DNA of 64,000 bases. Origin: Betaproteobacteria bacterium. Lineage in GTDB: Bacteria; Pseudomonadota; Gammaproteobacteria; Burkholderiales; Casimicrobiaceae. Both the position numbers and the translations under genes were made by a program. This document shows, piece by piece, positions 52,836 to 62,148 of the stretch; position 1 is the stretch's first letter, and the number at the start of each line of letters is the position of its first letter. The notes under the pieces were generated by a model. It made no database searches, had not been told where the DNA came from, and worked only from the letters and a program-made list of their open reading frames with translations. The DNA is taken from NCBI GenBank assembly GCA_005882995.1, contig VBCY01000075.1, positions 4,734 through 68,733 on the forward strand, read 5' to 3'.

Positions 52836-53777
52836 TTAGACGCCGCCACTCAACCCCGGCATGGCGTGACCAGCGGCTTCGAGTGCCTGCATCAACAGCC
52901 CGGCCTGCGCGTCGGTCAGTTCGACCAGCGGCGGCCGCACTGTTACCCATCCCGGATCTCCTGAGTGATGCGCGATCGCGCGTTTCAGCGCCGGAATCAT
53001 GGGAAAGTTCTGAAACGCCGCGCGCACTCGATCGAGTGCCGCCTGCTGCTCATCCGCGTCGGAATCGCCCCAGCTTGCGGCGAGTCGCGCAATCGGCCCC
53101 GGATTCACGTTCCCGGTCGCGGTGATACAGCCCGCGCCGCCTCCGCGCAGGGTTGCGAGGAGAAACGTCTCACTTCCGGCGAACACGTCGAAGCCGCGTG
53201 GTTGAAAACGCTCGAGCATCGCCCGCGTATTGTTCCAGTCGCCGGAGCTGTCCTTGATGCCGGCGATGGCGCCGGGGTAGGCGTCGACCAGCCGCTCGAT
53301 GAGCCTAAGGCTGATGGGCGTCTGCGATACCGGTGGAATGTGATACAGGTAGATGCGCAGACGCTGATCGCCGACGCGCTCAATCACTTCTGCGTAGTTG
53401 CGGAACAGTCCTTCATCCGGCACGCCCTTGTAATAGAACGGCGGCAGCATCAGCACCCCCGCGCACCCGAGCTCCACCGCGTGACGGGTGAGCTCGACCG
53501 AATCGGTAAATGCGCAGCAACCCGTTCCGGGCATCATTCGATGGGCAGGAAGGCGAGCCTTGGCGAGCGCGTCGAGCAGACCGATTTTCTCTCCGACGGA
53601 CATCGAGTTCGCCTCGGAATTCGTGCCGAACACCGCGAGCCCGACGCCGCAATCGACAAGCCAGCGACAGTGACGCACGAAGCGCGCGGCATCGGGCGCG
53701 CGGTCGGCAGTGAAGGGGGTGACCACGGGCGCGAGTACGCCCCGTGGTCGCGCGAAATCGGCCACGGCGGAGGTCAC
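52836..53777 (-). CDS. dihydrodipicolinate synthase/N-acetylneuraminate lyase family class I aldolase
   Basis: VTPF.., FGTNSE, YHIP and GIKDSSGD (Schiff-base Lys). GTG start overlapping the stop of the upstream 129-aa ORF. Confidence 0.85.
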   Translation of the reverse strand: MTSAVADFARPRGVLAPVVTPFTADRAPDAARFVRHCRWLVDCGVGLAVFGTNSEANSMSVGEKIGLLDALAKARLPAHRMMPGTGCCAFTDSVELTRHAVELGCAGVLMLPPFYYKGVPDEGLFRNYAEVIERVGDQRLRIYLYHIPPVSQTPISLRLIERLVDAYPGAIAGIKDSSGDWNNTRAMLERFQPRGFDVFAGSETFLLATLRGGGAGCITATGNVNPGPIARLAASWGDSDADEQQAALDRVRAAFQNFPMIPALKRAIAHHSGDPGWVTVRPPLVELTDAQAGLLMQALEAAGHAMPGLSGGV

Positions 53778-54163
53778 TGCGCCGACTCCGCGTGCGTGTG
53801 AAGCCAGCGCTCAGCGTCCGCTACCGAGTCGAACAGCCGCATGTTGGCGCCTCGGCCCACCGCGACATCTTCGGCGAACTTCATGCGCGACCGATCGTGC
53901 TCCGGATTGACGTCGACGTAAGCGATCCATTTGAGGATACCAACCGCCTGTCGGCTCCTGTCGGCTGCAACCTGGAAAATCGATGACATATCGATGCTCG
54001 GGCCTGCGAGATTTTCTTCGATGAGCAGCGCCCGGCAGCGGCGTTCGACGCAGGCCTTGTGGATGTCGTGTGTGTATTCGATCACCGCGGTTGTGCTGTT
54101 AATGCCCGAAACTTTGGCATGGAGAAAGCCGGGGCGGTCTTTCAGTTCGAGGACGTAGCTCAT
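53774..54163 (-). CDS. hypothetical protein (129 aa), translationally coupled to the DapA-family gene
   Basis: Clean ATG ORF with a 4-nt overlap to the downstream aldolase gene. The sequence MSYVLELKDRPGFLHAKVSG... vaguely resembles STAS/SpoIIAA-like small domains, but the family is not recognised with confidence. Confidence 0.55.
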   Translation of the reverse strand: MSYVLELKDRPGFLHAKVSGINSTTAVIEYTHDIHKACVERRCRALLIEENLAGPSIDMSSIFQVAADRSRQAVGILKWIAYVDVNPEHDRSRMKFAEDVAVGRGANMRLFDSVADAERWLHTHAESAQ

Positions 54164-54238
54164 CGGATGTGAACCTGGTAAAGGGGATCATCGGCAGTCG
54201 CAACGCCTCGCTGGCGCGCGAACGCACCGGAGCGTATT

Positions 54239-54264
54239 CTTGACAATCGCTGTTGCTTGTCAAG
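54239..54264. promoter_or_regulatory. palindromic operator-like site in a divergent promoter region
   Basis: CTTGACAA-N10-TTGTCAAG: perfect 8-bp arms, each containing a TTGACA hexamer facing outward. It lies between the 129-aa ORF (-) and the VOC gene (+). Confidence 0.3.
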
Positions 54265-54348
54265 TGCGACGCGGACCGGCAGATCGTCGTCGCACGTCCG
54301 AAGGATTGATCGCTGCCGTTCTTTCATCATTTTATCCGAGGGTCTTTC

Positions 54349-54819
54349 ATGGTTCAGCCCATTCCGACCGGTTATACCGGCGTGACGCCGTATCTCATCA
54401 TTCGTGGTGCGACGCGCGTACTCGACTTCTATAAGAAGGCGTTCGGCGCCGTCGAGCTAATGCGTTTTCCAGGTCCGGACGGCACCATCGGCCATGCCGA
54501 AATGAAGATTGGAGAGGGCGTCGTCATGCTGGCCGACGAGATGCCCGACTCGCCCTATCGCAGTCCTGACGCGTTCGGCGGGACGCCGGTGAGCCTGATG
54601 TTCTACGTCGCCAACGTCGATGCACGCTTTGCGCAAGCGATCTCCGCGGGGGCCGCTGTGCAGCGTGAGGTCAAGGATCAATTCTACGGCGATCGCAGCG
54701 GAACACTCACCGATCCGTTCGGGCATATCTGGACTATTGCGACCCACACCGAGGATGTCTCGCCCGAGGAAATGAAACGGCGCCTGGCTGCGATGGTGCC
54801 CGGAGGAGAGAGCGCGTAG
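54349..54819 (+). CDS. VOC (glyoxalase/bleomycin-resistance) family protein, PhnB/YjdN-like
   Basis: TPYLIIRGATRVLDFYKKAFGA...GHAEMKIGEGVVMLADE...FYGDRSGTLTDPFGHIWTIATH. Confidence 0.85.
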   Translation: MVQPIPTGYTGVTPYLIIRGATRVLDFYKKAFGAVELMRFPGPDGTIGHAEMKIGEGVVMLADEMPDSPYRSPDAFGGTPVSLMFYVANVDARFAQAISAGAAVQREVKDQFYGDRSGTLTDPFGHIWTIATHTEDVSPEEMKRRLAAMVPGGESA

Positions 54820-54846
54820 CGGGGCCGACCCGCGGGAGGCAAACCC

Positions 54847-55485
54847 ATGTATCTGCTCTATGGCAAAAAGGGATCGGGCTCGGCGGCGATCGAGGCGGCC
54901 CTGGAGCTCGTGGCTGCGCCGTATCGCCTGGTCGAGGCAGCTTCATGGGAGCCGAACGATGCATTCGCCGGTCTGCTCAAGGTCAATCCTCTCGGTCAGA
55001 TTCCGACGCTCGTGTTGAGCGACGGCAGCGTGCTTTCGGAAAGCGCCGCGATCCTGATTCACTTGGGTGGCGCTCACCCCGAGAGCGGGCTCTTCCCTCG
55101 CGATGCGTCGGCGCGCGCCCAGGCCGTTCGCGGACTGGTCTTCATCGCGGCCAATTGCTACGCGGCGATCAGCATCATTGATTATCCCGAGCGCTGGTGC
55201 GCCGACGCCGACTCCGACAATGCGGTCAAGGAACGCATTCGTGCCGGCACGCGTGAGCGGCTGCACCGACACTGGGAAATTTTCGCGGACCTCTTTCCGG
55301 CTCGTCCATGGTTGAGCGGCGCGGAGCCGGGCGCTCTGGATGTCCACGCCGCCGTTGTCTCCAAGTGGTCCGGCGCACGCAAGCACCTGGAGCAGCGGCG
55401 TCCGGACTTCTTTGCGTTGCTGCAGCGGATCGAATCCCATCCCAAACTCTCGGTAGTGTTCAACAAGCACTGGCCGGCCTCATAG
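54847..55485 (+). CDS. glutathione S-transferase family protein
   Basis: The N-terminal thioredoxin-like fold has NPLGQIPTLVLSDGSVLSESAAILIHL, followed by a helical C-domain. Confidence 0.85.
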   Translation: MYLLYGKKGSGSAAIEAALELVAAPYRLVEAASWEPNDAFAGLLKVNPLGQIPTLVLSDGSVLSESAAILIHLGGAHPESGLFPRDASARAQAVRGLVFIAANCYAAISIIDYPERWCADADSDNAVKERIRAGTRERLHRHWEIFADLFPARPWLSGAEPGALDVHAAVVSKWSGARKHLEQRRPDFFALLQRIESHPKLSVVFNKHWPAS

Positions 55486-55673
55486 GCTCGTTCGCGTGGC
55501 AGCGCAGCGCGCGCGTTGATTCGCGGCTGCTCGACATCAACGATGCGCCCGGCCAAGGATTGCCGTCTTCGGCGCCGCGTGTGGCATGGGCGGGAAAGCT
55601 GCGCCGCCGCGTGAGAGCCGCCCCGTTATAATGCGTCGATCTTTCGCCACTGACCTCCGTTGCCACTTTAACG

Positions 55674-56435
55674 ATGCGCATCCTGCTCTCCAACGACGAC
55701 GGATACTTCGCCCCCGGTCTGGAACGCCTCGCCGCCGATCTTGCCTCCCACGCGGAGATTACCGTAGTCGCGCCCGAACGTGACCGCAGTGGTGCATCGA
55801 ACTCGCTCACGCTCGACCGGCCCCTCACAGTGCGCCGTGCACCCAATGGCTTTCTGTTCGTCAATGGAACGCCCACCGATTGCGTTCACCTTGCGGTGAC
55901 CGGGCTGCTCGAGTATTTGCCGGACATGGTGATCTCCGGCATCAACCTCGGCGCCAATATGGGCGACGACACCATTTATTCCGGAACCGTCGCCGCGGCG
56001 ACTGAAGGCTATCTGCTCGGCATCCCGTCGATTGCCGTGTCGCTGACCAGCAAAGTGGGCCGGCATTTCGAGAGCGCGGCAAAAGTGGTTATCGAACTGG
56101 TGCAACGTCAGCGCCTTCATCCGTCGGGACCGTGGCTGCTCAATGTCAACGTGCCCGATTTGCCGGAACGCGAGATCAAGGGCCGGCGGGTAACGCGACT
56201 CGGCAAGCGTCACAAGGCTGAACCTGTGATCAAGACGCAGACTCCTCGCGGCGAGATCTGCTATTGGGTCGGAGGCGCCGGGGCCGCTGCCGATGCCGGC
56301 GAAGGGACCGACTTTCATGCGGTCGAGGCGGCGTGCGTTTCGGTCACGCCTCTGCAGATCGATCTCACGCTTCATTCACAGATGGCGCCGCTCGCAAAGT
56401 GGCTTGTGACTGACTTGCAGGGAGCGGCCGCGTGA
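55674..56435 (+). CDS. surE: 5'/3'-nucleotidase SurE
   Basis: [15 protein letters not shown]...[22 protein letters not shown]. Confidence 0.95.
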   Translation: MRILLSNDDGYFAPGLERLAADLASHAEITVVAPERDRSGASNSLTLDRPLTVRRAPNGFLFVNGTPTDCVHLAVTGLLEYLPDMVISGINLGANMGDDTIYSGTVAAATEGYLLGIPSIAVSLTSKVGRHFESAAKVVIELVQRQRLHPSGPWLLNVNVPDLPEREIKGRRVTRLGKRHKAEPVIKTQTPRGEICYWVGGAGAAADAGEGTDFHAVEAACVSVTPLQIDLTLHSQMAPLAKWLVTDLQGAAA

Positions 56436-57115
56436 TTGCAGGTGTCGAGAAATTCGACGGCATCGGGATGACTTCCGCGCGCACCCGCGCGCGCATGGTG
56501 GAGCGCTTGCGTGAGCAGGGCATACGCGACGAAGCGGTGCTTGCCGCGATGAACAGCGTGCCGCGACACATCTTCGTCGAAGAAGCGCTGGCGATTCGTG
56601 CGTACGAAGATTCGCCGCTTCCCATTGGCTCCGGGCAGACGATCTCGCAGCCTTACGTCGTCGCGCGCATGACCGAGCTGCTGCGCGCAGGCCGGCCGCT
56701 CCATCGAGTGCTTGAAATCGGCACGGGCTGCGGCTACCAGACTGCGGTGCTCGCGATGCTGGCGGACGAAGTGTATACAGTCGAGCGCATCGCTTCTCTG
56801 GTTGCAAAGGCGCGACGCAACCTGCGCGCGCTCAAGCTCGACAATGTGCGCATCAAGCACGGAGACGGCTCGACCGCGCTCGGAGAGGATCTTAGCGTCG
56901 ACGGCATCTTGATCACCGCGGCCGCGAGAGAAGTTCCGAGCGCGCTGCTCGCGCACCTGAACGTTGGCGGGCGCATGGTGCTTCCTCTCGCTGGACGCAG
57001 CGACGACGACCGCAGCGTGCAGTACCTGACCGTAATCGAGAAGACGCCCGATGGCGTGCGCGAGCATACCTACGACGCGGTAAGATTCGTGCCACTGCTC
57101 CCCGGACTCGCATGA
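56432..57115 (+). CDS. pcm: protein-L-isoaspartate O-methyltransferase
   Basis: [29 protein letters not shown], and a C-terminal VRFVPL. The start is GTG 56432 (overlapping the surE stop) or ATG 56468. Confidence 0.93.
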   Translation: MIAGVEKFDGIGMTSARTRARMVERLREQGIRDEAVLAAMNSVPRHIFVEEALAIRAYEDSPLPIGSGQTISQPYVVARMTELLRAGRPLHRVLEIGTGCGYQTAVLAMLADEVYTVERIASLVAKARRNLRALKLDNVRIKHGDGSTALGEDLSVDGILITAAAREVPSALLAHLNVGGRMVLPLAGRSDDDRSVQYLTVIEKTPDGVREHTYDAVRFVPLLPGLA

Positions 57116-58140
57116 CCCCACGCGCTCGCGCTCCTGCCGTTGCATTCGTCGCTATGTTGCTGTTTGGCGGATGCATGACACGGCCGGCGGCGCCGGTCAT
57201 CGAGCGTACACCGCTGCCGCCGATTTCCGCCGCGCAGACCCCGGGGCCGACGATGCCAGCGCCTGCGCGCAACGACTTGCGGCCGCAGACCTATACCGTC
57301 AAGAGCGGCGACACGCTGGCGAAGATTGCACTCGACAACGGCCTGGATTACCGCGAGCTCGCGAGCTGGAACGGCATCGACAACCCCAATGTCATTCGCG
57401 TGGGACAGGTCCTGATGCTCGGTCCACCGGGAGCAGGCGCGGCTGCAGCGAGTGGTGGCGTCGTAACTGCACCCCTGGCGACGACTGCGCCGATCGTGCC
57501 TGCCGGTTCCGAGCCCAAGCCGTCGCCGCCTCCGAGCGTTGCGACAGGGACTGCTTCCACCACTCCTTCGGGACGCAACACGCCGTCCTTCAAGACCGAA
57601 CCGAAGATGATCAAGCTGCCTTATTCGGAGCAGGCGGTTGCCCAATTGCAGGCAATTCCCGTAGCGCCTACGGTCGCGTCACCGCCAGCGCCTCCGGTCA
57701 TTGCAGCGGCAACGCCAAGCCTTCCCGCTCGGCCCGATTCAGCGCACGTGCCTGAGATCGACGACGACAAGATCCAATGGGTGTGGCCGGCGGCGGGCAA
57801 AGTCGTCGCGGGTTTTTCTGAGACGTCGAATTTCAAGGGCATCGATATCGCCGGCAAGTCGGGGCAGCCGGTCGTCGCCAGCGCAGCAGGTCGAGTGGTT
57901 TACGCGGGCAACGGGCTGCGCGGGTACGGCAAGCTGGTGATCATCAAGCACAACAACACCTATCTGACGGCGTACGCTCACAATCGCGAAATCCTGGTGA
58001 AAGAGAAACAGGAAGTCGCCAAAGGACAGAAGATCAGCGAAATGGGCGACACCGATGCCGATCAAGTGAAGCTTCATTTCGAAATTCGCCGTCTGGGCAA
58101 GCCGGTCGATCCAACGAAGTATCTGCCGCCCGTTTCATGA
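57112..58140 (+). CDS. nlpD: murein hydrolase activator NlpD (LysM plus M23 peptidase lipoprotein)
   Basis: Lipobox LLFGGC, LysM ([29 protein letters not shown]), a Pro/Ala-rich linker and an M23 domain (GIDIAG..G.PV.A...G.VVYAG...GYG..VIIKH). Confidence 0.9.
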   Translation: MTPRARAPAVAFVAMLLFGGCMTRPAAPVIERTPLPPISAAQTPGPTMPAPARNDLRPQTYTVKSGDTLAKIALDNGLDYRELASWNGIDNPNVIRVGQVLMLGPPGAGAAAASGGVVTAPLATTAPIVPAGSEPKPSPPPSVATGTASTTPSGRNTPSFKTEPKMIKLPYSEQAVAQLQAIPVAPTVASPPAPPVIAAATPSLPARPDSAHVPEIDDDKIQWVWPAAGKVVAGFSETSNFKGIDIAGKSGQPVVASAAGRVVYAGNGLRGYGKLVIIKHNNTYLTAYAHNREILVKEKQEVAKGQKISEMGDTDADQVKLHFEIRRLGKPVDPTKYLPPVS

Positions 58141-59090
58141 CGGTCAGTTCCGAGATCGACGAAGAAGGGACGCACGCCGCCAGCGAGCCCGACACGCGGA
58201 CGCAGGATTTGCCGCTCGACGTGCCGGTCGTCGGTGTCGGCGCGGATTTTCTCAACGACGTCACCCAGATCTACCTGAACGAGATCGGCCAGAGCCCGTT
58301 GCTATCGCCCCAGCAGGAGCTCGAATACGCCCGGGCGACGCGAAATGGCGATTTCGCTGCGCGGCAGAAAATGATCGAGCACAACCTGCGCCTGGTGGTG
58401 AGTATTGCCAAGCATTACCTCAACCGCGGACTGACGCTGGCCGACTTGATCGAGGAGGGCAACCTCGGCTTGATCCATGCCCTCGAAAAATTCGACCCGG
58501 AGCGTGGCTTTCGCTTCACGACCTACGCGACATGGTGGATCCGCCAATCGGTCGAGCGCGCCATCATGAACCAGTCGCGCACCATTCGACTCCCGGCGCA
58601 TGTGGTCAAGGAGCTCAACATCGTGTTGCGTGCGCTGCGTCATCTCGAAACCCACGGCATGCTTCGCGAAAGCCGCGAGCCGACGCTCGACGATGTCGCG
58701 CATCTGCTCGGCAAGCCCGTCGAGCAAGTACGCAAGGTCCTCGGTTACAACGAACACATCACCTCGCTCGATGCTCCTCTCGATGTAGAGCCCGGTTCGA
58801 CGGTTGTCGACCAGCTCGCGGACGTCGACGCGCCCAGCCCTGAGCTCGTGCTTCACAACACCGAGATCGAAGGCTGGATCAAGCAGTGGCTCGACGAGCT
58901 CTCCGACCGGCAGCGCGGAGTCATCGAGCGCCGTTACGGCCTCAACGGCCACGACGTGGCGACGCTCGATCAGCTCGCCCGGCAGCTCAATGTGACGCGG
59001 GAGAGGGTGCGGCAAATCCAGTCGGAAGCGCTGGAGAAACTGCGCGCGAGGTTGCGGCGCAGAGGCCTGTCGCGAGACGCGCTGTTGTGA
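58137..59090 (+). CDS. rpoS: RNA polymerase sigma factor RpoS
   Basis: Sigma70 regions 1.2-4 (IYLNEIG, NLRLVVSIAKHY.NRGL...DLIEEGNLGLI.A.EKFDPERGFRF.TYATWWIRQ). ATGA overlap with the nlpD stop. Canonical surE-pcm-nlpD-rpoS order. Confidence 0.93.
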   Translation: MTVSSEIDEEGTHAASEPDTRTQDLPLDVPVVGVGADFLNDVTQIYLNEIGQSPLLSPQQELEYARATRNGDFAARQKMIEHNLRLVVSIAKHYLNRGLTLADLIEEGNLGLIHALEKFDPERGFRFTTYATWWIRQSVERAIMNQSRTIRLPAHVVKELNIVLRALRHLETHGMLRESREPTLDDVAHLLGKPVEQVRKVLGYNEHITSLDAPLDVEPGSTVVDQLADVDAPSPELVLHNTEIEGWIKQWLDELSDRQRGVIERRYGLNGHDVATLDQLARQLNVTRERVRQIQSEALEKLRARLRRRGLSRDALL

Positions 59091-59124
59091 CCTTGCTCTC
59101 GCGGCTCTGGTTCCTTGACCTCGG

Positions 59125-61143
59125 CTACGACTGCGCCCGCAGCTTTCGCACGCTCGGCAGCGAATCGACGCTCACGCGCAGGCGCACCAGCAACGCGGCG
59201 CGCTGTTCGCGCTCGGGACCGTAACGAAGCCGCGCATAGAGCTCGCCGATGCGGAGCAGCGCGACACTGCACTGCGGCCAGCGCGTCGCGGCCCGGTCCG
59301 CAAAGTCGATCGGTCCTTCGTCCGGACGCCGAGCGAGCCCCGCGCGCGCCAGACGGCGACAGGCACGGCCCCACAGCGCGAGCTCGGGATCGACTTGCGA
59401 AGCGCGCAGTCTGGAGAAACCGAGCACCAGCGCGGTCCAGGCGAGTACGACTCCAGCGATGGCGGCCGCGAGCTGCACCGGACGCGGGTTGTCAAAACCG
59501 AACTCACGTAACAGGTCTCTCTGCCGGCGGACGTCGAAGCCGACGACGCCACGCTGCCATTGATAGCTCACCGCGTCCCAGTGCAGGCGCAGGCTTTTGA
59601 GCCAGGTCATTTCCATTCGAGCGAGATAGGGCACCGGCTCGCCCGCCGGCAGCGCCGCCCCCAATCCGCGTTCGATGCGTGACGGCGCGACGGCGGCGGT
59701 GGGATCGAAGCGCTGCCATCGTCCGTCGAGCAACGCCTCCGCCCATGCATGTGCGTCGGACTGGCGCACGATCATGTAATCGGCGTCGAGGCTCATCTCG
59801 CCGCCCTGGTAACCCGTGACCACCCGCGCCGGAATGCCTGCAGCTCGAAGCAGCGTAACAAACGCGCCCGCGTAGTGCTCGCAAAAACCGCGCTTGGTAT
59901 CAAAGAGGAACGCATCCACGGGATCTCGGTCGAGCAATGGTGGCGTCAACGTATAGACGAAGGGATCGCCGTGGAACCAGGCGAGAACGGCGTCGATGTA
60001 TGCGCGGTCCGAGTCGACTCGTGAACGCAGTTCGCGTGCGAACAGCGCGCTCCGCTGATTGTTGTTGGGCAGGCCAATGTTGTCCGCCACATCACCCTCG
60101 ACCGCGGTCACCTTGGCACGGGACGCCGAGCGCACCGTATAGCGGACGCTTTGCATCACCATGTTGCGCGCGAGCAATTGCTGGTCGTAGGTGAGAAGCG
60201 CGATGTCATTCACCGGCGCTCCCAGTGTTGCTTCGTCGGTAGGCGCATGCGGCAATGCCAGCGGATACTCGAGCGCGAAAAGCCACAGCTTGCCGTGCGC
60301 TTCCAGCGTTACCGTGTAGTCGATAGGCGCGCTCTCGCGGCGCGCGAAGCTGCCCAGCTTGAGGTGCGATAATGCGCTCCATTCTCGGCCGTCAAAGCGA
60401 GACAGGACCGGCCCCCGCCAGTATCGGTCGCGGGGGCTCGGCGGCGGCCCGATGAAATCGACGCGAAACGCGACCGCGTCCGAGAGCGAGAGCTCGCTGA
60501 TCGAGCCTGGTGCCATTCGCTCTGACAGACCGGTCCGGGCTGCGGTGTCAGTCGCCGTTCCCCAGAGAGGGCCTGCGAGTCGCGGAAACAGAATGAAGAG
60601 CACGATCGCGATCGGAATGCCCTGCAAGGTCAACCGCACGGGCTCGGCAAGCTGGGCTCGCCAGTCAGCGTGCGCTGCAGCGCCGGCGCGCAGCGACGCG
60701 AGCGTGCCGCCGAGCGCGATCACCACAGGGAGCGCCAACAGCGCTGCGAGCAGGCTTTGCGTGTAGAAAAACTGTGTCACCGCAAGAAACAGCGCGAGAC
60801 AGACCAGCAGCGACCCGTCGCGAGTATCGCGAGCCTCGAGGAACTTGATGCCGATGAGCAGGTAGAGGAACTCGACGCAGGGGTCACGCGCCAGGAAGTA
60901 ACCGAACTGCGCGCGAATCCCGAGCGCAGCGACCAGTGCGAGAGCCGGAAGGAGCAGCGCGCGCAGTCTCGTGGAGCCAAGCCGTCGCACGGGTGGAAGC
61001 AGGCGCAATATCACGAGCCCCGTGCCGACAAGCGCGACCCAGTCGAGCACGCTCATCCACAAGGGAAGCTGCGCGGACAGGAGCAAAGCGGCGAGCCACG
61101 CAGTTTGTGCTCGGGTCAGAGGTAGACGCGCGGATTTTTGCAT
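59125..61143 (-). CDS. transglutaminase-like membrane protein (DUF3488 N-terminal TM domain, TGase core, DUF4129-like C-terminus)
   Basis: ATG 61143: MQKSARLPLTRAQTAWLAALLL... It has multiple TM helices and the TGase core FCEHYAGAFVTLLRAAGIPARVVTGYQGG ...D.HAW.E. It starts 2 nt downstream of the DUF58 gene stop. Confidence 0.85.
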   Translation of the reverse strand: MQKSARLPLTRAQTAWLAALLLSAQLPLWMSVLDWVALVGTGLVILRLLPPVRRLGSTRLRALLLPALALVAALGIRAQFGYFLARDPCVEFLYLLIGIKFLEARDTRDGSLLVCLALFLAVTQFFYTQSLLAALLALPVVIALGGTLASLRAGAAAHADWRAQLAEPVRLTLQGIPIAIVLFILFPRLAGPLWGTATDTAARTGLSERMAPGSISELSLSDAVAFRVDFIGPPPSPRDRYWRGPVLSRFDGREWSALSHLKLGSFARRESAPIDYTVTLEAHGKLWLFALEYPLALPHAPTDEATLGAPVNDIALLTYDQQLLARNMVMQSVRYTVRSASRAKVTAVEGDVADNIGLPNNNQRSALFARELRSRVDSDRAYIDAVLAWFHGDPFVYTLTPPLLDRDPVDAFLFDTKRGFCEHYAGAFVTLLRAAGIPARVVTGYQGGEMSLDADYMIVRQSDAHAWAEALLDGRWQRFDPTAAVAPSRIERGLGAALPAGEPVPYLARMEMTWLKSLRLHWDAVSYQWQRGVVGFDVRRQRDLLREFGFDNPRPVQLAAAIAGVVLAWTALVLGFSRLRASQVDPELALWGRACRRLARAGLARRPDEGPIDFADRAATRWPQCSVALLRIGELYARLRYGPEREQRAALLVRLRVSVDSLPSVRKLRAQS

Positions 61144-61145
61144 CG

Positions 61146-62120
61146 CTAGCCCGCAGCGTTCGGATACAACGCGAGCGCGACCAGCGCGGTGCGTCGATGC
61201 CCTGCACCTTGTCCTTGCGCAAGCGCAGCTCCCGGTAAGCGCAGCGAAAAGGCTCGCGTCTCGCGTTCCGCCGCGAGTATCCAGGCCGCAAGTCGCGACA
61301 GGCGCTGCTCCGCATCCATGCCAGGCGGCAGCTCTTCCCAGTCGAGATCGATGGCACCGCTGCCTCCCGCACCCTCGAAGAGCTTGGTGTACCATCCGGC
61401 GCCACGGGCGACCGCTTTCCACGCGATGCGGTTTTGCGCGTCGCCTCGCTGATAGTCACGAAGACCCGCGAGCTCTGCGTCGGAAGTGAGGATTGAGCGC
61501 CGCGCATCGGAACCCTGGTGACCCGCGGGAAGCGGCGGAGGGGATGCCTCCGGTGCAGGATAGACGATGCCGGTCAGCGGGAAGTGAACGTAAGCCCACG
61601 CGCGCCACAGGCCAAGTGGATAGTTGCTCGACAGCGTAAGGCGCCCCAGGGGCACGCGTCCGCGCTGTCGCGCTTCCACATAGAGACGTAGCGGCCGCGT
61701 GGCTGCAGCGGGCAATTCCGCTTCAACGGCGGGACCATCCCGGGGAGCGATCTCGATGCCTTTCCGTGCGCGAGCTGCGCTCGAGAGCGATATCGTGAAT
61801 TCGAGTTGCGAGCCGGCGAAAGCTTCGCCGCCGACCAGCGGCGACGCGGCGATACCTGCGAGATTGCGGAACGCCGCCAGAAGTGCCGCGGCGACCATTC
61901 CTGCGCAGAGAAAAGTCAAGGCGAAACCGAGCGAGAGCGCGTAGTTCATCGAGGTGAGCAGCATGATCGCGAGCGTTGCGATCACTGCCGTGCCACGTCG
62001 CGTCGGAAGGATATAGATGCGGCTGTGCCGCAACACGACCGGGTCGCGATCGGTGGGGGAAAGTCGCCAGAGGCGTTGCCGCCAGTGCGTAATCCAGCTT
62101 GGAGCGGCAATCGTGGACAC
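61146..62120 (-). CDS. DUF58 domain protein
   Basis: Two N-terminal TM helices and the LRDYQRGD motif typical of DUF58. Located between the MoxR ATPase and the transglutaminase gene. GTG start. Confidence 0.85.
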   Translation of the reverse strand: MSTIAAPSWITHWRQRLWRLSPTDRDPVVLRHSRIYILPTRRGTAVIATLAIMLLTSMNYALSLGFALTFLCAGMVAAALLAAFRNLAGIAASPLVGGEAFAGSQLEFTISLSSAARARKGIEIAPRDGPAVEAELPAAATRPLRLYVEARQRGRVPLGRLTLSSNYPLGLWRAWAYVHFPLTGIVYPAPEASPPPLPAGHQGSDARRSILTSDAELAGLRDYQRGDAQNRIAWKAVARGAGWYTKLFEGAGGSGAIDLDWEELPPGMDAEQRLSRLAAWILAAERETRAFSLRLPGAALAQGQGAGHRRTALVALALYPNAAG

Positions 62121-62148
62121 GAGTCGGCTGGTCCCCAGCCGTCAAACG

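Noticed and set aside
53947-53966. Tandem CCTGTCGGCT x2, which resembles the MITE TIR core GCCTGTCGG.
   Set aside because: It lies in frame inside the 129-aa ORF (encoding ..AADRSRQAV..). Only 9-10 nt match and there is no partner inverted repeat. It is most likely coincidence in GC-rich DNA.
55627-55632. Perfect TATAAT hexamer 42 nt upstream of surE.
   Set aside because: There is no acceptable -35 at 16-18 nt (CCGCCG) and no extended -10 TG. A single hexamer is too weak to annotate as a promoter.
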